Virus record (IMG/VR): IMGVR_UViG_3300042010_000106
Span: 124,001 to 188,000 of that record
Length of the DNA: 64,000 nt
Reading direction: 5' to 3' (one strand)
In this document: piece by piece, positions 28,627 through 40,270 of the stretch
How the letters are laid out: each line of letters begins with the position of its first letter
Numbering within the stretch: the stretch's first letter is position 1
Position numbers and translations under genes: made by a program
Notes under the pieces: generated by a model
What the model saw: the letters and a program-made list of their open reading frames with translations, nothing else
Told to the model about the DNA's origin: nothing
Database searches by the model: none

Positions 28627-31600
28627 TTAACCACCTTGCAGCAACCATTTGACCGGGCCATTGTTGAATATTTCACAAATAAACGATTTGTCTACATCCA
28701 ATGTGTAAACGTAACCGTTGTATTTCATGCCAATGTGAACACCAGCAAAATTCTCTGTGAAAGCTTCAATGTCTGACAACGAATCAAACCCTTTGTACAA
28801 CGAAGCAGGGCCGATTTGGTTAACCGATTGCATATCAAGGAATGGTTTCAGATTATAGACACCGTTTTTCGCAGTGGTTTTAATCGGCGTTACGTCAAAC
28901 AGTGCGGTTTTTTCCGAACGTTTAATGGTTGGGCTTCGTTCAGCATATGCGGAATAGTTTTGCATCCACAAAGAAGTCGTGCCGAAATAACCCTGTTGCG
29001 GGCCGTTGATTGCCAGCGTTTCCCGTTCTGTATATTCGCTATGGCCGGAATTTGCATCCACGCCGTCAGCACCAAACATTCCGTAATACGTTTGAGTGTG
29101 CAAAGCAACATCCGTTGGAATTACCCAATGGCCGGTGCCCTGTGCCACGCTACGTTCCCACAACATTCCCGAAAGAACGCTATAGGCTTTGGTACTCATT
29201 GGTTCCATATCAAACAGAATGGTTGTGCTGCTACTTGGAACAGCGACATAAACCACTGTGTAATGGACTGAATGATCGACAGCGTAATACACATATTCAG
29301 TATCAACGTTTCCGTAACCCGCCTTTTGATCGACGAATTCAGCAGCGTTGTAATCCCCGTAATAAGCTTGGGTGAATGTGGTATCCAATTCGAAATGTGC
29401 GTAATTCGTTGACAGCAATGTAACGCCGCTGCTTGCAAAGTACGACAGACCCGAACCACTGCGAACATCGTAGGAAGTTTCAACATTTCCATACAAAGCT
29501 TTTGTGTCAATGAAATCAGCTTGTTTGAAATCGCTGGTTTGTGCTTTCAGTGTGCCCCAAGTCACAACGTTTTTCACGTCGGTACTCAATGCCTGCACGT
29601 AATCCCAAACGACAGTATCGGAAACTTTCGACAACGCTTTCGACATGTCCCAACCAATTGTTACTTCTGCAATCCGTGTGTTAACACTCGTTTTTTCCTG
29701 AATCAAATCAACGAGACTACCGAACAGGTTATGCACCGCCTCTGTAGTGAGTTGCACAAGTGACATCAAAGCTTTCGTCACAAAGGATTGCAATGCAGCC
29801 GCGCTAAACCCTGTGCGCGATTGCAGCCACGACGGTGTGATTTTCGAACCGTAGTAAGCTTGTGTATGTTTCGGCACCAATACAGGCTGGTTGATATTCC
29901 AGCTACCAACCAACAAACGCGCTGTCTCGCCGTTCTCTTCGTAGTAGGCATAAACCGGCATTGTTTTCTGCCAGTAGTTTGTCACGCCGCCATGAATGTA
30001 AACGCGATCATTGTTTTGCACGTTTGCAACAATGCCACTTGGAACACCGTTGATTACCAGATGCGTCCCTTCTGCGAAATAACCCTCAATTTGAATCTTG
30101 CAATTCGGCGGAACCGAAGATGCACGACCAATTGCAGAATCATACAGTTGGAAACGAATCGGATTATCCAGTGTACCGAAATTCAACCAGAAAATGGTCG
30201 GTGTTTCTGCGACCAAAAACAGTTCCGAAACCTGCGTCAAACGATACGGGCTACGTGCTGTTTTCTGGAGAACCAATTGTGCAGTTTGTGTGGTTGCCGT
30301 TCCGCCAATCTTTTCCTTCTGCAAAACCAATTCAGAAGTTTGTGTGATGTTCATGCCTGTAGGCGGCGCATCATAGACCAGCGTTGCGTAAACGTTCGCT
30401 ACCTGCATATCAGGAACGGACGTATCTTTCACCAGAACCAATTCAGCAACTTGTGAGGTGCGAATAGGGCCGAGTGCACTTTTCTGCAAAACAAGTTCAG
30501 CAGTTTGTGTAACGGTTGTTGCAGCAATAGCCGATTTGGTCAGAAGTAATTCAGACAATTGCGTTGTGGCAAATCCGAAACCAGATTCAGTTTCGAAAAT
30601 AAACACGGCGCCGGGATTACCTACGTCGTATTGTCCAGTTGCAGGCGCGCGACCACCACCGGGAACCTGAATATCAATTGTGCCGCTCGCAATATCGTCA
30701 CCAGAAAGGATGAACATTGCAGTAGAACCTGCACCACCCGGCCACGCAGAGTTGTTAATGCCGTCACCAGCACCTTGAACACCACCACCAGACCAACCGT
30801 AATTGCCCACAACACCAGAACTATTTGGACTGGCAAAGTTTGAACCACCGGGGCCGTTTGTTTGGTAAATCGTTTCGGCATTACTTGTGAAAATACCACC
30901 ATCACCAGCATTACACGGATACTGACCAGACGTACCAGACATAATCCGATAACTAGAAGAACCAGAACCAGCAGTGAACGTTTTCGCGCCTATGCTGACA
31001 ATTGCAGGATCGTTCGGAACCGATGCTGAAGGGCCTGTGTACGTGTTTACCGTACCACCGCCTGCACCAGTCATAATCACGTAAACGTATTTGGTACGCG
31101 GACGCAATTTGTGCACATAGTTTTGCTTTGTTCCCAACCCTTGACCGATAAAATTTGTGCGGTAAATACCGACAAGTTCAGCCGTCAAATTGTTGTAGTT
31201 TGGAAACAGTGGAACGATGGGCCTTTCAAAAACTACAGAGCCTTTGAATTCGTAAATGACGACAACGCCGTCACCACCTTTACCGCCCGGTGCACCACCA
31301 GAACCACGCAAACCATTTTGTGCAGCCGCTACAGTTTGGCCACCGGCTTGACCAATACCACCAGCACCAACGTGAACGTTTAAAACTTTTGGAATTATGT
31401 AGGCTTGTGCAAGGCGACCAGAACCACCAGAAATAGAACCTGCTTGGCCGAAGTTGCCGAACGTAATCGACGCGATACCCAACGTTCCGACAGAGCTATC
31501 AACTTTAGTTAAAACGAGAGTTTGATCACCTGTAGTTGCGAGGGTGTATGTGCGCGAAAAACCACCTGAAGAAGCGGTAGCACCGTCAATGGCATTACCA

Positions 31601-33285
31601 TTGAGTGTAACTGTGAATTGCGTTGTGCCTGTGCTGTTATACGGAACCGTTAATTGCTGTCCTGCAAAACCTTTGAAGTTGAGCGTTACGGAATCATTTG
31701 CAGCAGAAACAGACAAACCATAAGTCGCGTTTCGTGCCGCATTACCCGTATAAATCGGCGTCAGTTGTAACGCGCCTGCGCCAGTAAATGTATTGAGTGC
31801 TGCTGTAGCTGGCAGGTTTGTTTGTTGCGCAACCATTGTGAAAGCCGCACCAACCGTTCCCGTAAGGAAAGATTGCGCACCAGCCACGGTATTTGCACTC
31901 GCGCTTGTACCGCCTGCGCGTGAGCCTGTATCAACTTCACGTAGCCAATCAATACCTTTATTGAAAGTTGCAACACCGCCGCCTGATACGCCTGTACCAC
32001 CGGGAGCAGTTAAAAACAAACCTTCTGTTGTAGCAATTGTGGAAGCGCCGCCATTCAACGTGGAATCGTTCTGTGTAACGGTTCCGTTTACGTTCATGTT
32101 GGTGCGGCCACCAGAACCAGCCGCTTGAACGATTGCTAAAACTAACGTTGTGTCAGCAGCCGGGGTGAAAACAAAATCACCGGGCGTATTGTATTCAGTA
32201 CGTACCCAACTTGCGGGCGTTGCACTGAATGGCAAAACAGGAACGATTGCAGGAGGTTTAGGGTTCAAACCGTCTGCACTTGTTTGCACTGGCCCGTAAA
32301 CACTTAATTCCATCAAACGTGTACGATCAAGCCCGCCATTGTTGTAACCCATGATGCTGGCGCCGAAATCGTTTGTCCACGTACCCCAAACAGAACCAGA
32401 AGGCCCATCGGCTGGAATCAAAAGTGTGTTTACTTTGCCGCGACCCCACGGAACGCCGAGGTCATCGGTTGGTGTAACCGTAACGTCAATCAAACGGTGA
32501 ACAGTGAAATCGCCTTTTACCGTTGGCGTACCGTTTGAATAACCGAGTGCAATTGTTTTACCCCACGAATAAAAATAGAACTCAACTTTTCGTGGTTTTA
32601 TTGGGCTTGGAAATTGAAGCGCAACCCAATCAATAATAGCGTTTGCACCAACGTTACCACCAGACCAGCCGCTTGCAGTGTTGCCATCGTTTACCGCTGC
32701 AACTGTACCGAAATCGTTGTATTGCGAAGAGCAAATAGCTGTGCCAATTTGCTTAGCCCATTCAGGTTCTAATGCGTTGACGCCTCTGACAACTACTTCG
32801 TTGATACTGAGGTTTGTGTTAGCACTGCCCGGTGTATTCGTAAGCGCACTGAAACTGTTGCTGTCACTGTACAGAACTATGCCGGGAATTTGTGAAGCGT
32901 TAACAAGAAAACGTAAATTCGTGCTGACGTTGATTACGCTGCCATCTGCATCAGTCTGTCCGTTTACGGTGTAGCTTTGCAGCGGAATAATATCTGCCTT
33001 TGTAAAACTTGCAGACGCAGGATCGGCACCTTGTGCCCACGTACCAATGCGAATGCTGTTACCCCAAGACGCGAAGTTGATTACGATGTCTTCTACGTTT
33101 TTCGGGCCTACAAATTTGATACCAACAAAGTTTAAAAGCGATGTTGTTGCGTCTACGTTCGAACCAATCCAGCGCCGACCATCCGCCAAACCATCATTGA
33201 TTGACGATGGCGCATAGTTCACGTTGTTACTGGAGTACCATACGTTTTTATCGCAAAACGCTGTCCCAATTATTTCTGTTGCCAT
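28627..33285 (-). CDS. Large fibre protein: two discoidin/F5-8C-like domains, Gly-rich domains, TQxxELxL repeats
   Basis: CSSQY..VNDGN..W..DWVALQF; GAGG/GGKGGDGVVVIYE; six ~17-aa repeats. Confidence 0.75.
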   Translation of the reverse strand: MATEIIGTAFCDKNVWYSSNNVNYAPSSINDGLADGRRWIGSNVDATTSLLNFVGIKFVGPKNVEDIVINFASWGNSIRIGTWAQGADPASASFTKADIIPLQSYTVNGQTDADGSVINVSTNLRFLVNASQIPGIVLYSDSNSFSALTNTPGSANTNLSINEVVVRGVNALEPEWAKQIGTAICSSQYNDFGTVAAVNDGNTASGWSGGNVGANAIIDWVALQFPSPIKPRKVEFYFYSWGKTIALGYSNGTPTVKGDFTVHRLIDVTVTPTDDLGVPWGRGKVNTLLIPADGPSGSVWGTWTNDFGASIMGYNNGGLDRTRLMELSVYGPVQTSADGLNPKPPAIVPVLPFSATPASWVRTEYNTPGDFVFTPAADTTLVLAIVQAAGSGGRTNMNVNGTVTQNDSTLNGGASTIATTEGLFLTAPGGTGVSGGGVATFNKGIDWLREVDTGSRAGGTSASANTVAGAQSFLTGTVGAAFTMVAQQTNLPATAALNTFTGAGALQLTPIYTGNAARNATYGLSVSAANDSVTLNFKGFAGQQLTVPYNSTGTTQFTVTLNGNAIDGATASSGGFSRTYTLATTGDQTLVLTKVDSSVGTLGIASITFGNFGQAGSISGGSGRLAQAYIIPKVLNVHVGAGGIGQAGGQTVAAAQNGLRGSGGAPGGKGGDGVVVIYEFKGSVVFERPIVPLFPNYNNLTAELVGIYRTNFIGQGLGTKQNYVHKLRPRTKYVYVIMTGAGGGTVNTYTGPSASVPNDPAIVSIGAKTFTAGSGSSSYRIMSGTSGQYPCNAGDGGIFTSNAETIYQTNGPGGSNFASPNSSGVVGNYGWSGGGVQGAGDGINNSAWPGGAGSTAMFILSGDDIASGTIDIQVPGGGRAPATGQYDVGNPGAVFIFETESGFGFATTQLSELLLTKSAIAATTVTQTAELVLQKSALGPIRTSQVAELVLVKDTSVPDMQVANVYATLVYDAPPTGMNITQTSELVLQKEKIGGTATTQTAQLVLQKTARSPYRLTQVSELFLVAETPTIFWLNFGTLDNPIRFQLYDSAIGRASSVPPNCKIQIEGYFAEGTHLVINGVPSGIVANVQNNDRVYIHGGVTNYWQKTMPVYAYYEENGETARLLVGSWNINQPVLVPKHTQAYYGSKITPSWLQSRTGFSAAALQSFVTKALMSLVQLTTEAVHNLFGSLVDLIQEKTSVNTRIAEVTIGWDMSKALSKVSDTVVWDYVQALSTDVKNVVTWGTLKAQTSDFKQADFIDTKALYGNVETSYDVRSGSGLSYFASSGVTLLSTNYAHFELDTTFTQAYYGDYNAAEFVDQKAGYGNVDTEYVYYAVDHSVHYTVVYVAVPSSSTTILFDMEPMSTKAYSVLSGMLWERSVAQGTGHWVIPTDVALHTQTYYGMFGADGVDANSGHSEYTERETLAINGPQQGYFGTTSLWMQNYSAYAERSPTIKRSEKTALFDVTPIKTTAKNGVYNLKPFLDMQSVNQIGPASLYKGFDSLSDIEAFTENFAGVHIGMKYNGYVYTLDVDKSFICEIFNNGPVKWLLQGG

Positions 33286-33330
33286 ACGAACTCCGAAGGC
33301 GGGAAGTTTTTACGCTCCCCGCCATTTTAT

Positions 33331-35346
33331 TTAGAACGTACCGTTTGCAGTACCCGGAGGTGTAATGGTTACGCCACGCGGATTCGACAGCCGAATTTGT
33401 ACCGTTTTCTGTGGCGGATTTGGAACGTCTGTGCCGATGATCGTTACGGGGATTTGTTTCTCAGATTCGCCCGCTTCAAACATCATTGTGCCGCTCGCTG
33501 TTTCGTAATCTGGTTCGCCGAAATCGAACACCATATCGGTGAATGCAGAACTTGCTTGCGAGTAAGTGAAGAAGCCGAAATTGCAGCTTGTGTTAAACAC
33601 TGCCAAATCAGGATCGGTACTCACGTTGCAAGTAAGCGGCGTTGCGTCCAGAACATCAGAACCGAACGGCGTTGCAAACGCACGCAGAACAGGGCCGTCA
33701 CGATCAATTTTCACCGTGGAATATGCGCCCGACCATGCGTGACCAGTTGCACCGATATCAACTTCAGAAATCACTTTGATTACGACATTGTTTCTTACGT
33801 AAGAAAGTTGGAAGTTTTTCGATGTCGAACCAGCAGCCATACCACCTTGGTTACGGTTTGCAACGATCATGTGGTTTGCGCCAGCATCACGAACAAATGC
33901 CAACACCAGACCCATTGCATCGTCGTCCGCATCGGTAGAACTGAGTTTCGCTTGTGCCGAGAAGAAGTTGAAAGCATTCGGACTCAACAACGAAACGTAA
34001 TTACCGCTGTTTTTAATCGACTCAATATGATCGCCAGTCAGCACCATATTGTTCGCGTCATCGGCGGCAGGAATTTGCATACCCGGCAGATAAAGCGCTG
34101 CACCAGAAGCATGCGACCAGTTCTGATAATTGTCGTAGGTATTTGGAATCGGAATTCCTGAACCTTTCGCATCATTCGAAACGGTTTCCCAATCAACCAA
34201 ACATGTGCGTTTTGCAGCAGTGTTCAACACAAGATCATAGAACATGACGTTGGTTGTTGCAGGATCATCAGGACGCACAGCAGTTGTATCGTAAACCTGT
34301 ACAGCGGAGAACGGTTCGGTATCCAGCAAAACTACGCGCCAGTTGAAATCTACATCCGCAACCGCTTCACCAAATGTCACAGTAAACGAACCGGTTGTTG
34401 TGCCTTGATCGGTGCTAGTTGCAAGCACGTACGATTGTGCGCCGGAATATTTGTTGAAACTGATATACACGCGTGGAAGCCGTGCAGTTTCACCGTCAAA
34501 TTCATAGGTAATTGTCAGCGCTTGAACAGGCGCAACCGATTTGAATTCGCCGTAAACTTCCAACGTTGCATCATTCGTTTCGAGCGTGTGATATTCACCT
34601 ACACGCGGATCAGCATTTTGTCGCGGGTTATTTGTGAACAATGCAGAAACACCGGGCGGGCCTTGAATACCTTGACCGGGTGCGCCTGTTTCGCCTTGCG
34701 GGCCTTGTTGACCTTGCAAACCGCGTTCGCCTTGTGGGCCAGTCGGGCCTATTGGGCCATTCAAACCAGTTTCACCGATTTGACCTTGTGGGCCTGTTGC
34801 GCCTGTCAAACCTTGCAAACCTTGTGGGCCGGTTGGGCCTTGTTGTCCGGGTGTTCCTTGTGGGCCTAATTGACCTTGTGGGCCAGTCGGGCCGGTTGGG
34901 CCAATGCTACCGGGCAAGCCTTGTGCGCCTTGCGGGCCTGTAGGGCCAACGGGGCCACGCGGGCCGATACCACCATAACCACCGGCAGGGCCAGCGGGGC
35001 CGACATCACCTTTAGGGCCAATACATCCCATCGGGCCGTCGCGTCCGTCTTTGCCGTTGCGACCATTTAAACCTTGCGCACCTTCAGGGCCAGTCGGGCC
35101 AGTTGCACCAACACCAATATTATTTACTGTTGGAAAACCTTCGGAACGAATTACAGTTCCGTCAGTATTTGTAATTGTGAAAACGCCAGTTTCTTTATCG
35201 TAAACCGCAGTTTTTACGCCACCTTGTGCCGCCGTTTCGTCGGTACTCGGTTCAAATTCAACGCCCGTATCTTTCAGCACTGCGCCCGGTACAGAGCGAG
35301 ACGTGCTAATCATCGACGGTGGTACTTTTGTTAATCCGCCAGCCAT
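33331..35346 (-). CDS. Collagen-like fibre protein with Calx-beta and thrombospondin-C-like lectin domains
   Basis: 48 contiguous Gly-X-Y triplets; [26 protein letters not shown] (Calx-beta); [11 protein letters not shown]. Confidence 0.85.
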   Translation of the reverse strand: MAGGLTKVPPSMISTSRSVPGAVLKDTGVEFEPSTDETAAQGGVKTAVYDKETGVFTITNTDGTVIRSEGFPTVNNIGVGATGPTGPEGAQGLNGRNGKDGRDGPMGCIGPKGDVGPAGPAGGYGGIGPRGPVGPTGPQGAQGLPGSIGPTGPTGPQGQLGPQGTPGQQGPTGPQGLQGLTGATGPQGQIGETGLNGPIGPTGPQGERGLQGQQGPQGETGAPGQGIQGPPGVSALFTNNPRQNADPRVGEYHTLETNDATLEVYGEFKSVAPVQALTITYEFDGETARLPRVYISFNKYSGAQSYVLATSTDQGTTTGSFTVTFGEAVADVDFNWRVVLLDTEPFSAVQVYDTTAVRPDDPATTNVMFYDLVLNTAAKRTCLVDWETVSNDAKGSGIPIPNTYDNYQNWSHASGAALYLPGMQIPAADDANNMVLTGDHIESIKNSGNYVSLLSPNAFNFFSAQAKLSSTDADDDAMGLVLAFVRDAGANHMIVANRNQGGMAAGSTSKNFQLSYVRNNVVIKVISEVDIGATGHAWSGAYSTVKIDRDGPVLRAFATPFGSDVLDATPLTCNVSTDPDLAVFNTSCNFGFFTYSQASSAFTDMVFDFGEPDYETASGTMMFEAGESEKQIPVTIIGTDVPNPPQKTVQIRLSNPRGVTITPPGTANGTF

Positions 35347-35392
35347 AAAAATATTCCTTAAAATTGCCCTCCATTTCTGAAGGGCGAATTGA

Positions 35393-38300
35393 TTAGCTCA
35401 TGCCGGAAAAATCGAGGTCAGACCATTTCCCTTTCCAGCCAGCAGCGGCAGTGCTATAAATAACCTGTCCTGCTTGGTTGTAAAGTGTGAACCAGCAATA
35501 GTTCGGATTCTTCGATTTCAGGTTGTAGCAACGAATGTGCATTTTTTGCGGGCCTGCTTCCAATGCAAACAATCCGCCAGCAGTGGAAACAGCTTGGCAG
35601 CCTACATAAACGCCGAGCTGGTCATCTGCACCGCCTACAACGTAATACAAACCATCCGCTGGAATGTTGATATCACGTTCTGCACTCCACCAATTGTAAT
35701 TCGGGCCACCACTTCCGATGCTTGGGGAAATGTGAATCACTGTGCGACCGCCGTAAAACGATTGATAAAGTGGAACACCTACAGTGCCCGCAACAACATC
35801 ACCAATTGCAGAAGCTTGTCCCGGCAGACCCGGCAACGAAACAGAAACGGCTTGACCTGCGCCATTCAAAATTGCCCAGTTACACCACGCAACGTTACCG
35901 CCTGTGTTGCGATAAATAACTGTGATTGGAACTGCACCGCCCGGATGCGCAAAAGTGAATGTATCAATATCTCGCCAGTTCGAATTTTTATCGCGAATGT
36001 GATTACAGTTGACGTAGAAACTTGCAACGTCGTCCGCAGTCCATTTAACGGTGTATGTTCCGGCTGGAAGGTTTGGTGTGTACTGCAACGAATAATTGAT
36101 TCCGTTTGGCTGGCTTCCGTTTCCGTGCAAAGAAGTCCGCACTTGTACGCTGCCATAACCAACCGTGTAGTTTGTAGAACCACCACCGCCACTTTGTTGC
36201 TTCTCAATTGTGTTGCCACTAATCAAGCAAGAAGTAGCGAATTGATTACACGTTGGTTTCACACCGCCGTTGATAATACGTCCGCGCCAATCCGCAGCAT
36301 TCGACGAATAAATAATCTGATTCGAAGGATCGAGAACACACATTGAAGCATATGCGTTCCGACGACCACCGCCCGCCGATTGATAATTGATGAACAAATG
36401 ACGTGTGCCACGATTCACCGCTGTACGCACACGGGTTGCACGTGCGACAGAACCACCACTCGACTGCGCGATCAGATTACAATCCATGTAAAGCTGTGCA
36501 CCATCTTTGCCGAAGAAAATGAACGTATAAATACCCGAAACCGGGAACGTCATTTCTCTTTCCATCACGTACGAAGCACCGCCGTAAGAAGCGAGCGCTT
36601 TTTGTACGAACATTCGGCGAGACAAACGGTTTACGAATTCACACGCGCCACCATCGTTAACCGCTACCAAAGTCGCTTGATCACACTGGTAATTGTTTTC
36701 GTTGATGATTGTTCCGATTGCCGCAGGACGTTCAGCTTTCACACCAGTCAGGTTATAAATCTCAACCTTGAACTGTACGTTCGGCCCCATCAAATCCGTG
36801 CCGCAAATTGGAACGCAAATATCAATGCCATTTTCAGAGCATGCAGGAATGTGCCCGGTGCTTTGAGTTTTGTTGTAATCGGCGCCGTAGTTCAGCGGTT
36901 CTGGTACAGGTTCCGAAGTCAGCGAGCCTGTTTTAGAACGCCATTGATATGCGGATGCGTTCGTTGCAAATACAACCTGTCCGTTTCCGAGGATCGCACA
37001 CTTAACCCAACCCGGTGTGCAATGCGGAACGTTTTGATACATGATCGAAAGTGTTTGCAGACCTTTACGACCGACAAAGTTTGTTTGCTGGTTTGCTTCC
37101 CACGTCGAAGATTTTTGCACCTTCAATTCGCAATCCAGATAGATGTAGCAGTTATCGTCCGCTGTTCCGATCCACGTATAAACGCCGTCGTAAGGCAGAT
37201 TGATTTCTGTTTCCATCACGTAATACTGACCACCTTGCGCGCAGTTGTAGCCGTGAGCTTGCGAGCAAATTCGATAAGCACCATAACCGCCAATGTTTAC
37301 GTCGTTTGTCGAGTAGGCAAATTGCACACCAGTTTCAGACAAAATGTCGCAATAAAGCGAAGGTGTAATCGAGCCGGGAATAATGCAATCACCCTGCGCT
37401 TCAATTGCATCGAGTGGCGTTGTTTTGAAACTGAAATTCACGTCACGCGGAGTGCGGTGATTCAAACGTGCGCGGAAACACAGGTAATTCACTTGACCTT
37501 TCTTCAGACGAACTTTCGAACCGTCGTCGATGATCAAACGTGCAAAAGGAACCGGGCAACTAACTGTCATTGCCCAATCAGGGCAGCACGGGCCGAGAAC
37601 ACGCACGTGAATTGTCGTACCGTTTTTCGGATAGAATTCAAAGTAGAAACGCTGGTGGCCACTTACAAATCCATCAGTACCACCGACCACGATATCATTC
37701 GGGTAGGTGCCTTGATAAAAGATCATTTGCACAGGATCAGCAGCAAAGAATTCTACGACGACATCGCCTTCTGCTTTGCCTGAATAATCGTAGTAAATGT
37801 CGTTGTATTGCGCGCCCTGTCCGACTTGTGCGTAAACAGGATCGAGCGTTGGATTCAACGGCAAACACAAAACGTCGTCCGGCACTGGCATGCAGAACAT
37901 TGGAAACACCCGGCTACCGCGTTGCTCAGGGCAGTAGATCGAATATTGCCATTTGTTGTAATTGCGTGGTGCATCGTAACGAACAATAATGAAATCATCG
38001 CCGCCGACGCTAGTGAAATTGAACGGAATGGAAATCGCCGAATATTGATTCGTACCAGAATTCAAACTGGCTGCTTGTGCAATCATTCCGCCGTTGTAAA
38101 ACACAGAAACGGTAACAGGCGCCACGCCCTGAACAGTCAGGTCAATGTGCATGATACCGTTGGCGGGAATTCGATGTACCATTTCGTAACTTGCTGCACC
38201 GGGAACAACGCGATGATCTTCATTTACGCGGCATGGCAGGTTAGGGCCAAATGTTCCGAAGCATGGTGCTGGGCGTTCATAGTTCGTCAATTGAACGACG

Positions 38301-39004
38301 TTTACTTCGCCCAATTTGATTCGCCACCGCGCATTCGCAGGAGCATCAACACGAACGGTTAGGAAATTGTTTGCAGGACGCGGAACACCGCAATCAACTT
38401 CACGCAATTCAGGTGGTTCGGCATTGTAGAAAATGTTGAAGTAATTGCCGCTGGTTTTGCTATCACCAAGCAATTCGCAACCGTGATAAATACGGAAACG
38501 AACACCGGGATCTAATTCAAGTGCGCTAACGTCAATTGCACCCGATGCAGAACCAGCCCAAACCAACATTTCATTTATTTCTGCTGTTTCACCATACAAC
38601 GTAACGGGCAATGCCTCGGCTACAGCGTTTGGCAGCAATGGTGCGGTTGCAAAGAAACGACCGCCAGCCACATCAAAATTTGGTGTGTGTCCTGTATATG
38701 TTTTCGGTGCCAATCCGTCGCAGGTTGAAACCAAATAGCCAGTTGGGCCACCGGTTTTAAATTCCCCGCTATCAAAATCTCCCGCGTAACCCGGCCAGCA
38801 TTCAACCATTTCTTCAGGTGGGCAATAGTCAACGCCGCTATCACATTCAATCGTTAACCAATATTCATTTGAACCATGGCGAACGCGCAAATCGTTAACC
38901 GGATCAATTCGAAACCACGTCCCATCATCCTGATAAACATTCCATTCACTTTCACAAATGTCCAGATTGGCATCTTGTGGAGTGCGTATGGTCAACTGAC
39001 TCAT
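35393..39004 (-). CDS. Cys-rich adhesin-like protein with Calx-beta and four PA14-like domains
   Basis: AAGGA RBS before ATG 39004; [36 protein letters not shown] repeats. Confidence 0.8.
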   Translation of the reverse strand: MSQLTIRTPQDANLDICESEWNVYQDDGTWFRIDPVNDLRVRHGSNEYWLTIECDSGVDYCPPEEMVECWPGYAGDFDSGEFKTGGPTGYLVSTCDGLAPKTYTGHTPNFDVAGGRFFATAPLLPNAVAEALPVTLYGETAEINEMLVWAGSASGAIDVSALELDPGVRFRIYHGCELLGDSKTSGNYFNIFYNAEPPELREVDCGVPRPANNFLTVRVDAPANARWRIKLGEVNVVQLTNYERPAPCFGTFGPNLPCRVNEDHRVVPGAASYEMVHRIPANGIMHIDLTVQGVAPVTVSVFYNGGMIAQAASLNSGTNQYSAISIPFNFTSVGGDDFIIVRYDAPRNYNKWQYSIYCPEQRGSRVFPMFCMPVPDDVLCLPLNPTLDPVYAQVGQGAQYNDIYYDYSGKAEGDVVVEFFAADPVQMIFYQGTYPNDIVVGGTDGFVSGHQRFYFEFYPKNGTTIHVRVLGPCCPDWAMTVSCPVPFARLIIDDGSKVRLKKGQVNYLCFRARLNHRTPRDVNFSFKTTPLDAIEAQGDCIIPGSITPSLYCDILSETGVQFAYSTNDVNIGGYGAYRICSQAHGYNCAQGGQYYVMETEINLPYDGVYTWIGTADDNCYIYLDCELKVQKSSTWEANQQTNFVGRKGLQTLSIMYQNVPHCTPGWVKCAILGNGQVVFATNASAYQWRSKTGSLTSEPVPEPLNYGADYNKTQSTGHIPACSENGIDICVPICGTDLMGPNVQFKVEIYNLTGVKAERPAAIGTIINENNYQCDQATLVAVNDGGACEFVNRLSRRMFVQKALASYGGASYVMEREMTFPVSGIYTFIFFGKDGAQLYMDCNLIAQSSGGSVARATRVRTAVNRGTRHLFINYQSAGGGRRNAYASMCVLDPSNQIIYSSNAADWRGRIINGGVKPTCNQFATSCLISGNTIEKQQSGGGGSTNYTVGYGSVQVRTSLHGNGSQPNGINYSLQYTPNLPAGTYTVKWTADDVASFYVNCNHIRDKNSNWRDIDTFTFAHPGGAVPITVIYRNTGGNVAWCNWAILNGAGQAVSVSLPGLPGQASAIGDVVAGTVGVPLYQSFYGGRTVIHISPSIGSGGPNYNWWSAERDINIPADGLYYVVGGADDQLGVYVGCQAVSTAGGLFALEAGPQKMHIRCYNLKSKNPNYCWFTLYNQAGQVIYSTAAAGWKGKWSDLDFSGMS

Positions 39005-39031
39005 AGCAATTTCCTTCGGTTTTAATATGTT

Positions 39032-39040
39032 TAAATTACC
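39032..39040 (-). promoter_or_regulatory. GGTAATTTA candidate late promoter
   Basis: Follows a terminator hairpin; 28 nt upstream of the ATG. Confidence 0.55.
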
Positions 39041-39041
39041 G

Positions 39042-39073
39042 AAAAACAACGAAAGGGGCGCAAAGGCCCCTTT
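39042..39073 (-). terminator. Intrinsic terminator
   Basis: AAGGGGCCTTTGCGCCCCTTTCGTTGTTTTT on the minus strand. Confidence 0.7.
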
Positions 39074-39100
39074 AATTGTGTAGCTTTTTACAAACGTTTA

Positions 39101-39619
39101 TTACGGTTTCACCCACAATGTTCCGGGTTTTACGTAACTGCCTTCCGCTTGGCTTGGGTCTTCGCTTTGAATAAAGATTTGAACAAATCCGTCTTCGCCA
39201 CGTGGCCCCGGTGTTCCTTGTGGCCCCGGTGGGCCTTGAATACCTTGTGGCCCGCGTGGGCCTTCAGGGCCGACATCACCGCGAGGGCCTGCTGGGCCTT
39301 GGCAACCGGTTGGCCCTTGTTCACCATCACGACCATCTGCACCGTCAACACCATTCATTCCGCTTAAACCACGTGGGCCAGCGGGGCCTTGCACAATGCT
39401 ATTCGTTGTAAAAAATCCATCAACTTTAATGAATGTGTTATCACTCAATGTCAGTTGAAGAACGCCTGTCAATTGTTCCAAATGCCCGCTAACCAAAACA
39501 GGACTTTGTGATTCATCCTGTTCGGCAACTTGCAAACTTGTACCCGTGTTTTTCAGGTTTGCACCAACGCGACCGCGTGCACGAACCATTTCCACGGGCA
39601 CCCGTGTTAACTCACCCAT
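39101..39619 (-). CDS. Collagen-like protein (about 22 triplets)
   Basis: Gly-X-Y run; C-term [10 protein letters not shown]. Confidence 0.85.
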   Translation of the reverse strand: MGELTRVPVEMVRARGRVGANLKNTGTSLQVAEQDESQSPVLVSGHLEQLTGVLQLTLSDNTFIKVDGFFTTNSIVQGPAGPRGLSGMNGVDGADGRDGEQGPTGCQGPAGPRGDVGPEGPRGPQGIQGPPGPQGTPGPRGEDGFVQIFIQSEDPSQAEGSYVKPGTLWVKP

Positions 39620-39631
39620 AAAAATGCTCCT

Positions 39632-40258
39632 TTAACCGCAGTTATAATCGGCGTTTGGATTTACCCAAAGCATTCCGTGCACGCGTGCTTCTTCTGCCGG
39701 TTCAACCGTTGAAACAACGATATTCATAAAACCTTCAGGGCCACGCGGGCCGGGTTTACCTTGTGGGCCTTGATCACCACGCGGGCCTTTCGGGCCTTGT
39801 GGCCCTTGTGGGCCGGTGGGGCCTATTGGGCCTTGCAAACCTGTTGGGCCGACAGGGCCAGTTGGGCCGATTGGCCCCGGTTGACCAGTGCGACCGGTTT
39901 CACCTTTCGGGCCTGTTTGTCCAATTGCACCTTGAGGGCCAGCACAACCGGGGCCACCGGCTGCACCATCGCGACCATCTTTTCCAATTTTCCCATCCTT
40001 TCCCGCTAAACCTTGTGGCCCCGTAGGGCCTGCTGGAATTTTGTCTGGAGTAGGAAAACCCGAAGTGCGAATTTCTTGGCCGTTCGCGAAACGCAGAGTT
40101 AAAACACCCTGCGAAGCGTCGAACAACATTGAAGCAACTTCTGAAACTTCCGTATCTTTCGGCGAAGTGGCGGCAAGTCGTTCGTTCTTAACTTCAAGAA
40201 CGCTCGAATCTTTTTCACCCTTTGCACGAATCATCGGCGTTGGGATTTTCGTTAGCAT
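39632..40258 (-). CDS. Collagen-like protein (about 33 triplets)
   Basis: Gly-X-Y run; C-term VEP..GMLWVNP. Confidence 0.85.
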   Translation of the reverse strand: MLTKIPTPMIRAKGEKDSSVLEVKNERLAATSPKDTEVSEVASMLFDASQGVLTLRFANGQEIRTSGFPTPDKIPAGPTGPQGLAGKDGKIGKDGRDGAAGGPGCAGPQGAIGQTGPKGETGRTGQPGPIGPTGPVGPTGLQGPIGPTGPQGPQGPKGPRGDQGPQGKPGPRGPEGFMNIVVSTVEPAEEARVHGMLWVNPNADYNCG

Positions 40259-40270
40259 TTCTGCATTCCT

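Noticed and set aside
34650-35110. GGGCC-rich periodic DNA resembling a repeat array or CRISPR
   Set aside because: The 9-nt periodicity is explained by Gly-Pro-X collagen codons. There is no repeat-spacer structure.
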